A DNA stretch of 64,000 nucleotides from Pristiophorus japonicus (Eukaryota). The notes under the pieces are model-generated. The model was given only the letters and a program-made list of their open reading frames with translations. It had not been told where the DNA came from and made no database searches. The stretch covers positions 129,828,001 to 129,892,000 of the forward strand of contig NC_091979.1 in the NCBI RefSeq assembly GCF_044704955.1, in the 5' to 3' direction. A program made the position numbers and the translations under genes. Positions 25,334 to 38,979 of the stretch are shown here, piece by piece; the stretch's first letter is position 1, and every line of letters begins with the position of its first letter.

Positions 25334-25466
25334 CTGCACAAGTTCATTCAGCACTACTGCATCAAACCCAGACAGATATTGCACATAATATCTCTGCATC
25401 ACTGGTCCATATTTACGCACATGTGCTCGGAGCTCTTCCATGTAATAGATCAGTTCAGCAACATGT
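25334..25466 (-). CDS. NCKAP1: NCKAP1-family coding exon (equiv. exon 13), 133 bp
   Basis: [44 protein letters not shown] (in ORF 25301..25549); acceptor tag, donor gtaaga. Confidence 0.96.
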
Positions 25467-25737
25467 CTAAAGGGTTTTAAAAAAATATATTCATGGTCAA
25501 CAAATTTCAAATGACACCTATCTAATTGCACAGACCTATTGAATTTCAAAGTAGAAACAATAGATATAGCAGATGAATACTACTTTTTAATCATTTAAAC
25601 TAACCACACTATCCTTTAGTTATTGCTACAGCTACTAAGTCTCTGAACAATCAAATTAAACATCACTGAATGTTCAGTTTATTTCATCATACTATGTTCT
25701 AAAATGTACTAACCAACTAATTATGTAAATTTGTTGT

Positions 25738-26677
25738 ATTTCCAAATTTGTGGATGACACTAAGTTGGGTGGCAGTGTGAGCTGCGAGGAGGATGCTATG
25801 AGGTTGCAGAGTGACTTGGATAGGTTAGGTGAGTGGGCAAATGCATGGCAGATGAAGTACAATGTGGATAAATATGAGGTTATCCACTTTGGTGGTAAAA
25901 ACAGAGAGACAGACTATTATCTGAATGGTGACAGATTAGGAAAAGGGGAGGTGCAACGAGACCTGGGTGTCATGGTACATCAGTCATTGAAGGTTAGCAT
26001 GCAGGTACAGCAGGTGGTTAAGAAAGCAAATGGCATGCTGGCCTTCATAGCGAGGGAATTTGAGTACAGGGGCAGGGAGGTGTTGCTACAGTTGTACAGG
26101 GCCTTGGTGAGGCCACACCTCGAGTATTGTGTACAGTTTGTCTCCTAACTTGAGGAAGGATATTCTTGCTATTGAGGGAGTGCAGCGAAGGTTCACCAGA
26201 CTGATTCCTGGGATGGCGGGACTGACCTATCAAGAAAGACTGGATCAACTGGGCTTGTATTCACTGGAGTTCAGAAGAATGAGGGGGGACCTCATAGGAA
26301 CGTTTAAAATTCTGATGGGTTTAGACAGGTTGGATGCAGGAAGAATGTTCCCAATGTTGGGGAAGTCCAGAACCAGGGGTCACAGTCTAAGGATAAGGGG
26401 TAATCCATTTAGGACCGAGATGAGGAGAAACATCTTCACCCAGAGAGTGGTGAACCTGTGGAATTCTCTACCACAGAAAGTTGTTGAGGCCAATTCACTA
26501 AATATATTCAAAAAGGAGTTAGATGAAGTCCTTACTACTAGGGGGATCAAGGGGTATGGCGAGAAAGCAGGAATGGGGTACTGAAGCTGCATGTTCAGCC
26601 ATGAACTCATTGAATGGCGGTGCAGGCTGGAAGGACCGAATGACCTACTCCTGCACCTATTTTCTATGTTTCTATGT
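25738..26677 (+). mobile_element. Young 5'-truncated CR1 LINE (same subfamily as 19484-22460)
   Basis: ORFs 25750..26148 and 26129..26584 nearly identical to the C-terminus of the 932-aa ORF; tttctatgtttctatg tail. Confidence 0.95.
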
Positions 26678-26864
26678 GCAGTAATATCAAAAAGTGCAGA
26701 ATGTTAAACAAACCCACACTGCCTCTAGACAGTCGCAGTTTTAAACCACTGACATCTCCATTTTCAAAAAGTTTAGCAATTGGACAAACATATTGTAGCT
26801 ATTAAAAAAAGTGTATTTTAGACATACAATTTATAATAATCATTTCATAGGGGATACTTTAACA

Positions 26865-29300
26865 TATGAAATAGTAGCAGGAATAGGCCAAACAGCCCCT
26901 TGAGCCTGCTCTGCCATTCAATATCATAGTTGAACTTTTACATCAACTCCACTTTCCCACTCTATCCTCATATCCCTGGATTCCCTTAGTACCCAAAAAT
27001 CTATCAATCTCAGGGCTAGAATTTCCTATCAGCCCACCCGCGCCCAATCACCACCCAAAATACCACTAAGATTGGGAAGATTATCTCCAGCGAAAACTTG
27101 CCCTCCCAAAAAATTTTAAAAATCTGCCAAGCAACAAACATGGACGTTGCATCCCCATTCCAGGCGAAAAAGTGAAATTTAGGGTCAATTGGGTGGTTCT
27201 TAAACAAAATGAACGATACATTTTTTTAAAAAATCAATAAAAATTTACCTTGAAGCTGCGGGTTGGACCTAGCAGCACAAAAACAATAATAATTTTTCAA
27301 AAAACATCACCTAAAAAAAAAAATCCAAAAAACATTCCCAAGACCCTTTTAAACTAAATAACCGCAACAGATTTTTAAAATAATTAGTAAAAAAACAATT
27401 AACCTTTTTCTTGAAGAGCTGCTCACCTACCGCTGATCCTCGTGGGCGTTTTTTTTCATACTCACCTACGGGTCACCGCTGACCCAAATATCATGCCATG
27501 GCGATCTGTGGATGGTGCACGCCGGCAGTCCGCTCTTCGAAACCGCCGGCGTAACTCAGGTAGGGAATTTTCTACTTATCTGATTAGTGCCCACAATGGC
27601 CAATACTGCCCAGAAAGCGGGCGGTAAGCCATAGGAAATTCTAGCCCTATGTCTTTAATATACTCAATGCCTGAGCATCTACAATGCTCTGGGGTAGAAA
27701 ATTACAAAGATTCACAACCCTCGGTGAAGACATTTCTCCTCATCCCAGTCCTAAATGGCCTAACTTTGTCCTGAGGCTGAGTCCTAGTACTGGACTCTCC
27801 AGTCATGGGAAACAACCTCTCAGCAACTACCCTGTCAAGCTTCTTAAGAATTTTATATGTTTCAAAGAGATCACCTCTCATTCTTCTAAACCCGAGAATA
27901 TAGGCCCATTCTATTCAATCTCTCCTCTTAGTACAGTCCTCTCATCCCAGGAATCAGTCTAGTGAACCTTTGTTGTACTCCCTTCTAAGACAATACCGTT
28001 CCTTAGGTAAGGAGTCCAACTCTGTACAGAGTACTCCAGGTGTTGTCTAATTGCAGCAAGACTTCCGTACTCTTATACAGCAACCGCCTTGCAATAAAGG
28101 CCAACACACCATTTGCCTTCCTAATTGCTTGCTGTACCTGCATGTTAACTTTCTGGGATTCATGTACAAAGACATCTGAATCCCAACATTTACTATTCTC
28201 ACCTTGTAATTTTTTTTTTTCATTTTGTCACCCAATGGAACATAGGAACAGGAGTAGGCCATTCAACTCCGTTCCGCCATTCAATGAGATCGTGGCTGCT
28301 CTGCGATGTAACTCCATAGCCGCCTTTGGCCCATATCCCTCAATACCTTTGGTTAACAAAAAGCTATCAATCTCCGATTTAAAATTAACAAATCGATGTC
28401 GCATCAATTGTTGATTGCGGCAGAGTTCCAAACTTATACCACCCTTTGCGTCAAAATATCTCCTAATTTCACTCCTGAAAGGTGTGTTTCTCATTTATTA
28501 GACGATGCCCCCAAGTCCTAGAAACCACAACCAGTGGAAATAGTTTCTCTCTACCCTATTTGTTCCCCTTAATATCATGAAAGCTTCGCTCGGATCACCC
28601 CTTAACCATCTAAATTCTAAGGAATACAACGATAATTTGTGTAATTTCTCCTAGTAATTTAACCCTTGTCCAGGCATAATTCTGATAAACCTGCGCTGCA
28701 CTCCTTCCAAAACCAATATATCCTTCCTAAGATGTGGTGTTCAGAACTGCTCACAGTATGCCAGGTGTGGTCTAATCAGGGCTTTGCACAGTTGCAGCAT
28801 AACCTCTTGTACTCTAGTCCTCTATACATAAAGGCCAGCATTCCATCAGCCTTTTTGATTATTTTCTATATCTGTTCATGACATTTTAATGATCTGTGTA
28901 CCTGGATCCCCAAGTGTCTTTGGGCCTCCATTAGTTTTAGCTTTTCACCATTTAGAAAGTACCCTGCTCTTTCCTTTTTAGGTCCAAAGTGGATGACCTC
29001 ACATTTGTTTACATTGAAATCCATTTGCCACAGTTTTGCCCCTTCACTTAATCTATCAATATTCCTTTGTCATTTTATGCTTTCATCTACACTGCCTACA
29101 ATGCCACCTATCTTTGTGTCATTGGCAAATTTTAACATAGGTCTTTCTATGTCATAATCCAAGTCGTTAATAAATAGTGAATAGTTGAGGCCCCAACACT
29201 GGCCCCTGCGTGGCACCACCAGTCACATCCTGCCAATTTCAGTACCTGCCCATTATCCCTACTCTGTCTCCTGCCGCTCAGCCAATTTCCAAACCACGTC
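26865..29300 (-). mobile_element. Cluster of degenerate CR1 3' fragments (at least two elements)
   Basis: CR1 tails at about 26865 and 28236; RT-derived sequence to about 29300. Confidence 0.75.
27012..27648. mobile_element. MITE (putative PIF/Harbinger-like) inserted into CR1
   Basis: Perfect 18-bp inverted termini AGGGCTAGAATTTCCTAT / ATAGGAAATTCTAGCCCT; CR1 sequence continues on both sides. Confidence 0.85.
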
Positions 29301-29349
29301 AGTAAGGTAACAGTCTCTTATGAGGCACTTTGTGTGTGTTCACTTCGAG

Positions 29350-29690
29350 CACTCAGGTTAGATTTAGCACAGCCAGTTGCAAAGTAAAGCTCCAGTTACC
29401 TTTCTCGAACCCAAGAATAACATCTATTACATCAATGTGAATGTTTCCACTTTCTACACCATCAATCTTCATCCTTTGAGTGAGACTGCCAATGTAGTAC
29501 AGTACTAAATTAGTGTCACTATTATGTGGACTCATACCCAGTAGGAACTGCTTTGAGGGTGTACCTATTCATTTCTTTATAGAATCCTTACAGCCAACAG
29601 AGAGATGAGACAGCCTGAGTTAGACGTAACCCAAGTACTTGAGGCAAAAGGTCAGTCTGGTGTATTGCATCACTGACTCATTAACCCAGA
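29350..29690 (-). mobile_element. Degenerate LF-SINE-like element
   Basis: Reverse strand: ctgttggctgt..gaaatgaat..cagttcctactgg..gtccacat..acactaatt..ttggcagtctca, collinear with the recalled LF-SINE core. Confidence 0.5.
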
Positions 29691-29809
29691 TTTTTAAATG
29701 TAAATCGGATGATATCCTCCCTTCTTTCTTCCATCAAACTTTGCACCAAACAATTCCTCATTCTCAGTGATTAGAATCTTCAGCTCCCCTTGTTCTCTCT
29801 CATCTGAAA

Positions 29810-30478
29810 TCATTACCCTCTGTAAACCTCTCTGCCCATATAAACTCTCTTACCCATATTCAAGTCACACCTTGATCTCGTCATCTTCCATTCCTCTCCA
29901 ATCCTATTGTTTCGATCATCAAGGCCATCGCTGACCACTTTTTCATATTGCTCAACATGCATCTCCAGCTACACTGGTTTAACCCTACTTCTTTCGGCAT
30001 TCGTTTATGGGAAAAAACTCTCCCTCAAGATGTTTTACACCCGCACTTTCAAATACCCAACTGTCTAGCCTTTGGTTCTCTATTAATCAGGATGATACTG
30101 CAGCTGCTGATTTGCTCACCCTCAACTCGACTTTTAATACAAAACTTTCAATGTCTTCTATTCATGTCATTTCCACAGTAAGGCCCCATCTTCATTTACT
30201 CAAGTCTAAAGGATGCAAACTTGTGTACTTGGCACACAACTGCTTTGCTATCCAACAACATATCTGGCTTGATCATATTAAAATCTACTAGGCCACTCTC
30301 TCCACTGTACCAAAACTGCCTATTACACATTCTGGAGTGCAAAATAAACCCAGAGTCCTTTTCTCGATGACCAACTACCTCCTTAAACCCTTCTCCCATG
30401 CCCCCTCCATTCGCACCTCAACTAGAGCGAGAAGCTCACAGCTTTCTTCGCCACCAAGATGAATACCATCTGTTCAGC
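29810..30478 (+). mobile_element. Old L2 fragment
   Basis: Similar to the L2 at 44815 (catatctggcttgatcat, ccttaaaccc). Confidence 0.55.
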
Positions 30479-31427
30479 AGGATAAATGGTTCATTCTCTG
30501 GTTGGCAATCAGTAACGAGTGGTGTGCCGCAGGGATCAGTGCTGGGACCCCAACTATTTACAATCTATATTAACGACTTGGAAGAGGGGACTGAGTGTAA
30601 CGTAGCCAAGTTTGCTGATGATACAAAGATGGGAGGAAGGGTAATGTGTGAGGAGGACATAAAGAGGCTGCAGGAGGACATAGACAGGCTAAGTGAGTGG
30701 GCAAGAATTTGGCAGATGGAATATAATGTTGGAAAATTTGTGGTCATGCACTTTGGCAGAAAAAAAATCAAAGAGCAAGTTATTATTTAAATGAAGAAAG
30801 ATTGCAAAGTACTGCAGTACAGCTGGACCTGGGGGGCACTTGTGCATGAAACACAAAAGGATGGTAATTCGGGTACAGCAAGTGATCAGGAAGGCCAGTG
30901 GAATCCTGACCTTTATTGCAAAGGAGATGGAATAGAAATGCAGGGAAGTCTTGTTACAGCTGTACAGGGTATTGGTGAGGCCACAACTGGAATACTGCAT
31001 GCAGTTATGGTTTCCATATTTACAAAAGGATATACTTGCTGTGGAGGCAGTTCAGAGAAGGCTCACTAGGTTGATCCCGGGGATGAGTGGGTTGACTTAT
31101 GAGGAAAGGTTGAGTAGGTTGGACCTCTACTCATTGGAATTCAGAAGAATGAGAGGTGATCTTATAGAAACGTGTAAGATTATGAGGGGGCTTGACAAGG
31201 TGGATGCAGAGAGGATATTTCTACTGGTGGGGGAAGACTAGAACTAGAGGGCCACCCATTTAGAACTGCGATTAGGAGAAATTTCTCATTTCAATAAGGG
31301 GTTATGGGGAGCAGGCAGGGAAGTGGAGCTGAGTCCATGATCAGATCAGCCATGATCTTATTGAATGGCGGAACAGGTTTGAGGGGCCTTATGGCCTACT
31401 CCTGCTCCTATTTCTTATGTTCTTATG
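30479..31427 (+). mobile_element. 5'-truncated CR1 LINE
   Basis: SGVPQGSVLGP, FADDTK; tttcttatgttcttatg tail. Confidence 0.9.
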
Positions 31428-33239
31428 CCTGTTGCTTCCTCCCTTCCTCTTAGAATCATAGAAATTCACAGCCTGTAAGGAGGCCATTCCAGCTCATTGT
31501 GACCACTCCGGCCAACAAAGAGCTATCTAGCCGAATCCCACTTGCCAGCTCTTGGTACGTAGCCTTGTAGGTTACGGTACTCAAGTGCATGTCCAAGTAC
31601 GTTTTAAATGTGGTGAGGGTTTCTGCCTCTACCATCCTTTCAGGCAGTGAGTTCCAGACCCCAATCACCCTCTGGGTGAAGAAATGTTTCCTCAAATCCC
31701 CTCAAAACCTTCTACCAATTACTTTAAATCTATGCCCCCTGGTTGTTGACCCCTCTGCTAAGGGAATTAGATCCATCCTATCCACTCTATCGAGGCCCCT
31801 CATAATTTTATATACTTCAAAAAGGTCTCCCTCAGCCTCCTCTGTTCCAAAGAAAACAAACTCGGCCTATCCAATCTTTCCTCATAGCTAAAATTCTCCA
31901 GTCCAGGCAACATACTCGTAAATCTCTACCCTCTCTAGTGCAATCACATCTTTCCTGTAATGCAGTGACCAGAACTGCCAGAGTACTCTAGCTATGGCCG
32001 AACTAGCGTTTTATACAGTTCAAGCATAACCTCCCTGTTCTTGTATTCTATGCCTCGACTAATAAAGGCAAGTATCCCACACGTCTTCTTAACCACCTTA
32101 TCTACCTGGTCTGCTACCTTCAGGGATCTGTGGACATGCACTCCAAGGTCCCTTTGTTCCTCTACACTTCTGTGTCCTACCATTTAATGTGTATTCCCTT
32201 GCCTTGTTAGCCCTCCCCAAATGCATTACCTCACACCTCTGGATTGAATTACATTTGCCACTATTCTGCCCACTTGGCCAGTTCATTGATATCTTCCTGA
32301 AGTCTACAGCTTTTGTCTTCATTATCAACCATACAGCCGATTTTAGTATCATCTGCAAACTTCTTAATCATACCCCGTATATTCAAGTCTAAATCATTCA
32401 TATGTACCACAAGAAGCAAGGGACCAAGTACTGAGCCCTGCAGAACCCGTCTGGAAACAGCCTTCCAGTCACAAAAACATCCACCACCCACCTTTTCCTT
32501 CCTGCCTCAGCCAATTTTGGATCCAACCTGGCACTTTGCCCTGGATCCCACTTTCGTGTCCAGTCTGCCATGTGGAACCTTATCAAAAGCCTTGCTAAAA
32601 TCCATATACACGAAATCAAACGCACTACCCTCATCGACCCTCCTGGTTACCTGCTCAAAAAATTCAATCAAGTTAGTCAGACACGACCTTCCTTTAACAA
32701 ATCCACGCTGACTGTCCTTGGTTAACCCATGTCTTTCTGAAAGAAGATTTATCCTGTCCCTCAGAATTTTTTCCAATAATTTTCCCACCACCGAGGTTAG
32801 GCTGAATGTAATTGCTCGGTCTATCCCTTTCTCCCTTTTTAAACAAAGATACCACGTTAGCAGTACTCCAGCACCACGTCTGTAGCCAGAGGATTGGAAA
32901 AATGATTGTCAGAGCCTCTGCTATTTCCTCTTTAGCTTCTCTTAACAGCCTGGGATACATTTCATCCGAGCCTGGGGATTTATTCACTTTCAAAGCTGCT
33001 GAGCCCCTTAATACTTCCTCTCTCGCTATGTTCATTTCATCTAATATTTCACACTCCTCCTCCCCGATTACAATGTCTGCTTCGCCCCTCTCTTGTGAAA
33101 ACAGCCGCAAAGGATTCATTAAGAACCATCCAGTTGTCTCCCACCTCCATACCGATTACCCTCATGGTCTCTAATATGCCCTACTTTTTCTTTAGTTACC
33201 TCCTTGCTTTTAATGTATTTATAAAACATCTTTGAGTTT

Positions 33240-34213
33240 TACAGTATACATCAATGATTTAGATGAAGGAATTGAGTGTAATATCTCCAAGTTTGCAGAT
33301 GACACTAAGCCACTAAGCTGGGTGGCGGTGTGAGCTGTGAGAAGGATGCTAAGAGGCTGCAGGGTGACTTGGACAGGTTAGGTGAGTGAGCAAATGCATG
33401 GCAGATGCAGTATAATGTGGATAAATGTGAGGTTATCCACTTTGGGGGCAAAAACACGAAGACAGATTATCTGAATGGCGGCAGATTAGGAAAAGGGGAG
33501 GTGCAATAGACCTGGGTGTCATGGTACATCAGTCATTGAAAGTTGGCATACAGGTACAGCAGGCGGTGAAGAGGAAAATGGCATGTTAGCCTTCATAGCT
33601 AGGGGATTTGAGTATAGGAGCAGGGAAGTCTTACTACAGTTGTATAGGGCCTTGGTGAGGCCTCACCTGGAATAGTGTGTTCCGTTTTGGTCTCCTAATC
33701 TGAAGAAGGACGTTCTTGCGATTGAGGGAGTGCAGCGAAGGTTCACCAGACCGATTCCCGGGATGGCAGGATTGACATATGAGGAGAGATTGGATCGACT
33801 GGGCCTGTATTCACTGGAGTTTAGAAGAATGAGAGGGGATCTCATAGAAACATATAAAATTCTGACGGGCCTGGACAGGCTAGATGAAGGAAGAATGTTC
33901 CCGATGTTGGGGATGTCCAGAACCAGAGGTCAGAGTTTAAGGATAAGGGGCAAGCCATTTAGGACCGAGATGAGGAGAAACTTCTTCACTCAGAGTTGTT
34001 AATGTAGAATTCTCTACCGCAGAGAGTTGTTGATGCCAGCTCGTTGGATATATTCAAGAGGGAGTTCGATATGGCCTTACGGCTAACGGGATCAAGGGAT
34101 ATGGAGAGAAAGCAGGAAAGGGGTACTGAGGTAATGATCAGCCATGATCTTATTGAATGGTGGTGCAGGCTCGAAGGGCCGAATGGCCTTCTCCTGCACC
34201 TATTTTCTATGTT
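33240..34213 (+). mobile_element. CR1 3' portion nested antisense in the older CR1
   Basis: RT C-terminus and ttttctatgttt tail; host sequence resumes at 34214. Confidence 0.9.
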
Positions 34214-35170
34214 TCCTTGATTTTACTTGCCAACATTTTTTCATGCTTTGCTTTCCTAATTTCCTTTTTAATTTCACCCCTGCACTTTCTATACTCCTCC
34301 GGAGTTTCTGTCACGTTGAGTCCTCTATATCAGTTAGAAGCCTCTTTTTTTTCTTTATCTTACCCTGTATGTCCCTTGACATCCAGGGGGCTCTAGATTT
34401 GTTAGTCCCACCCTTTTTCTTTAAGGGAACATACTTGCTCTGAACCCCCAGGATCTCCTCCTTGAATGCCTCCCACTGCTGACAGTGACTTACCTTCAAG
34501 TAGCTGTTTCCAATCCACTTTGGCTAAATCATATCTCAGCTTATCAAAATTGGCTTTTTCCTAATTGAGAACTTTTATTCCTGGTCTATATTTGTCTTTT
34601 TCCATAAATACTGTAAATCTAACTGAATTATGATCACTAGCACCAAAATGTTCTCCCACCGATACCTCTTCCACCTGCCCAGCTTCATTCCCGAAAATTA
34701 AGTCCAGAACCACCTTGCTGGGCTTGCTACATATTGGTTAATAATGTTCTACTGAGAGCATTTTACGAAATCCGCAACCTCTATACCACTCTCACTAATT
34801 TTATCCCAGTTAATATTCGGGTAGTTGAAGTCACCTATAACTGCCCTATAGTTTTTGCACGTGTCAGAAATTTGCTTACATATTTGATCTTCTATCTCCC
34901 TCTTGACTGTTTGGGGGGCTGACTCCTAGCAGTGTGATCGCCCCTTTTTTGTTCTTCAATTCGACTCACATTGCCTCATTTGATGATCCTTCCAACATAT
35001 ATGAGGCAACATATCATCCCTTCTCACAACTGTAATTGTTTCTTTAATCAAAACTGCAACCCCCGTTCCTTTTAACCCCCCTCTCTATCCCATCTGAAAA
35101 CTCTGTAACCGGGAATGTTGAAGCTGCCATACCTGCCCTTCTTTCAGCCATGTCTCAGTAAAGCTATAAT

Positions 35171-35820
35171 AGAAGCATAGAAAATAGGTGCAGGAATAGG
35201 CCATTCGGCCCTTCGAGCCTGCACTACCATTCTATATCATGGCTGATCATGCAACTTCAGTACCCCATTCCTGCTTTCTCTCCGTACCCCTTGATCCCTT
35301 TAGCCGTATGGCCCACATCTAACTCCCTTTTGAATATATCTAATGGACTGGCATCAACAACTTGCTGTGGTAGAGAATTCCACAGGTTCACAATTCTCAA
35401 AGTAAAGTAGTTTCCCCTCATCTCGATCCTAAATGGCTTACCCCTTATCCCTGGTTCTAGACTTCCCCGACATCAGGAACATTCTTCCTGCATCTTACCT
35501 GTCCAATCTGTCAGAATTTTACATGTTTCTATGAGATCCCCTCTCATTCTTCTAAATTCCAGTGAATATAAGCCTAGTCGATCCAGTCTTTTCATATGTC
35601 AGTCCTGCCATCCCGGGAATCAGTCTGGTAAAACTTCGCTGCACTCCCTCAATAGCAAGAATGGCCTTCCTCCGATTTGACGACCAAAACTGTACACAAT
35701 ATTCAAGGTATGGCATCACCAAGACCCTGTACAACTGCAGCAAGACCTCCCTACTCCTATACTCAAATCCTCTCGCTATGAAGGCCAACATGCCATTTGC
35801 CTTCTTCACTGCCTGCTGTA
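35171..35820 (-). mobile_element. CR1 3' portion nested in the older CR1
   Basis: catagaaaataggtgcagg tail; ORF 35552..35824. Confidence 0.9.
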
Positions 35821-37529
35821 TCATACTCCCAAGTGTCTATCTGTGCTCTCAACTCATCTGCCCTTATTCCCCATACTCCTTGCATTGAAGAATATACCAT
35901 CTAGCACTGTCAAACTTCCTTGTTGTCTATTTTCTAGCCCTTGTTTCCTCTGTCTTCCAAATTTATTTTGGACTCTTTTTGCTTTCCAATTCCAGCTTTG
36001 TTTCTCTCCCTACTGAATCTATTCTCAGGTTTCCATCCCCCTGGACTCAAGTTTAACATAATTTAAACCTCTCTCAACAGCACTCGCAACCACCCCCCAC
36101 GCCACCTAGAGGATATTGGTCCTGGCTCTGTTGAGATGCAACCCGTCCAGTTGGTACAGGTCCCAGCTCCCCCAGAAATGGTCCCAATGCCTCAGGAATC
36201 GAAAACCCTGCACCATCTTTCCAGCCACACATTTATCTGTCCTATCCTCCTATTTCTGTACTCACTAGCACATGGCACCGGGAGTAATCTGGAGATTACT
36301 ATCTTTGAGGTCCTGTTTTTTAATCTCTCTCCTAGCTCCTTAAAATATGCCTGCAAGACCTCATCCCTCTTTCTATCCATGTCATTGGTACCGATATGGA
36401 CCATGACCTCTGGCTGTTCACCCTCTCTCCCCGAAATACCCTGCAGCTGCTCGGTGACATCTTTGACCCTGGCACAAGGGAGGCAACATACCATCCTGGA
36501 GTCACAGCTATGGCCGCAGAAACGCCGGTCTGCTCCCCTAACTATTGAATCCCCTACCACTATTGCTTTTGCACTCTTCTTCCTCCCTCCTGTGCAGCTG
36601 AGCCACCCCTGGTGCCGTGGACTTGGCTCTGGCTGCACTCACCAGATGAGCCATCGCTCCCACCAGTATTCAGAACAGAATACTAGTTAGAGAGCGAGAT
36701 GCACTCAGGGGACTCCTGCACTACCTGCCTGGTCCGCCTCTTCTGTATGACGACCACCCACTTAAGCTGCAGGATGGCCACCTCTTTTTTTTAAAAAAAG
36801 TGCTATCCACAAAGTTCTCAGCCTTGCAGATGCACCGCAGTGACTCCGCACTCAAGCTCCAAAACCTGGAGCTCGAGTTGCTGTAGCTGGTAACACTTCT
36901 TACACATTATGGTCATCCAGGCTACACGAAGCATCCAGGGCTTCCCACATGGCACAGGATGTACGCTCCACAGGACTGAGATGCCCTGTCAAGCCTCTAG
37001 TTATTTGACTATGAACTAAACTATGAACTATTTGACTATGGAATAAACTTAAAACACGAATCTGCTGTTTCCCTTGAGCTGATGTCATTGACATTACATT
37101 TCGATTTCTGCCTCTGTTGAGTTGCTCCCGCTCATTTTATCCCCACTGCAGCTACTCCTCCGGTCCCACTCTTGCCGCTGGTCTTGGGCCTCAGGTGCTG
37201 CTCCTTTTATCCCTGTCGCCGCTGCTCCTCTGGTCCCACTCTCGCAGCTAATCTCCACCCACCCTCACCCTTAACCCGTCGCTCTCTAGTTTCACCCCAT
37301 CTTGCCCTGCTCTCTCCATTTTGCCCACAAGACCTACTCCCTGTTCCATCAATCCCATACCCAACTTCCCTTCCTGCCCTTCACGCTAACTTATGTCTAC
37401 TCAGCTGTTCCCTTCATTTCAAACCTGCCACCCTCACCCTTTCCTCAAAAGACAGCATTCCTGGCTAAGTTTTAAAAAAAATCAGAATTGCGCCATATGA
37501 ATGCAAAAAATTAACATAAAATCACTTAC

Positions 37530-37639
37530 TTGTCTATAAAGTCATCACTGTTTCTTGTTCTTGGAATGTTATCTGCATGGCGAAGCAGCCAGATAATTTC
37601 ATCACGTGCAAAAGATAGAGCCATGAAGACAAAGAGTGC
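37530..37639 (-). CDS. NCKAP1: NCKAP1-family coding exon (equiv. exon 12), 110 bp
   Basis: [36 protein letters not shown](K); acceptor tag, donor gtaagt. Confidence 0.95.
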
Positions 37640-37904
37640 CTACAAGGAGAGAGTCTGAATTATAAGTCACAAGAAATAACAGGATTACATTCTGCTAGTT
37701 TGGTATTTTATTAGTTTTAATTTGCCTCAAAGGTGGTAGAAAATTTACTCAACAAATTTATTTGTTGTGAAGTGAGTAATTGGAGTATGCAGTGTCAGCT
37801 AGATGGCAGAAATAACCCAATTTACAGGGCATACCAAAATTATTGCAAAACCAATTATTACATACATTTAGGTATCGTATAACCATTATCCTTTGTCAAG
37901 TTAT

Positions 37905-38320
37905 ACTCATTGGAGTTCACAAGAAAGAGGTAATCTTATCAAAACATAAGATAATGAGGGGGCTCGACAAGGTGGATGCAGAGAGGATATTTCCACTCAT
38001 AAGGGAAACTAAAACTAGGGGTCTTAGTCTCAGAATAAGGGGCCACCCATTTAAAACTGAGATGGAGGAATTTCTTCTGAGGGTTGTAAATCTGTGGAAT
38101 TCTCTGCTCCAGAAAGCTGTGGAGGCTAGGTTATTGAATATATTTAAGGCAGAGATAGACAGATTTTTGAGTGATAAGGGAATAGAGTCTGTGGAGCGGG
38201 CAGGAAAGTGGAACCGAGTCCATGATCAGATCAGCCATGATCTTATTGAATGGCAGAGTAGGCTCGAGGGGCCAAATGGCCTACTGCTGCTCCTATTCCT
38301 TACGTTATGTTCTTATGTTA
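37905..38320 (+). mobile_element. CR1 3' fragment
   Basis: RVVNLWNSL motif and CR1 3' UTR. Confidence 0.8.
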
Positions 38321-38979
38321 TGTTCAAACGTCATGGACTAGTCCAGATTGTAAACCTCCAATCTGAACGCTGAAGATGAGATTATTGTCTATACCTGATG
38401 AAATTCAGATATCTTTTCGAAACCAGAAATGACTAGCTAATAGTAGATGTGGCTTAAAATGGAGAGTGCAGAGCTTGTTCAGCAGTAAATTCAAATCCCA
38501 AGCTAGATATCGAGGTTCAAAGGGCTGTTGGGTCTTACCTTACCATGAAACTACAAAGATCAAACAGTGCTTCCCTGAGGAGAATCCTTCATACAAAAAG
38601 AGGATACAGAAAAGTCAAAAGATCGTAAGAAGTAGACTTCACTCTGCTTACTAAAAGTGACTTCTGGTTGTCTATAGCTGGTGGTGGTGGGGGTAGGGCA
38701 GTGCACTCCTCAACTTCTCAAGACAAATTGTTTCAGTTCTAAAGTTTGAGTACTAGATTTACACAAAATATTGAACTGAAACAGTGGTAATAAAGAAACC
38801 TGTGCTACAAAAATTACATCAGCTTCCAGAACACTTAGGCTGTCCACTTCGGCAATAGAAGTTTCAACAAGTTGTTGTGGTAAAATGTAAACAAACAGTT
38901 CTGAATCACCAGTTATACTGTAATTTGTCAAATCTGTTGATTTGGCAAGATGGACTTGGGCTGATAGCCTAAATATCTT

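Larger units (their letters stand above)
31450..37240 (-). mobile_element. Near full-length degenerate CR1 (ORF1 esterase + ORF2), interrupted by two younger CR1s
   Basis: tagaatcatagaa tail at 31451; RT fragments 32261-33119; EN remnants about 34600-35160; ORF1 SGNH/GDSL-like motifs VVGDSIVRG, HIGTND (ORF 36192..36638). Confidence 0.8.

Noticed and set aside
36192-36638. SGNH/GDSL esterase as a host gene
   Set aside because: It is the known esterase domain of CR1 ORF1, in a decayed element
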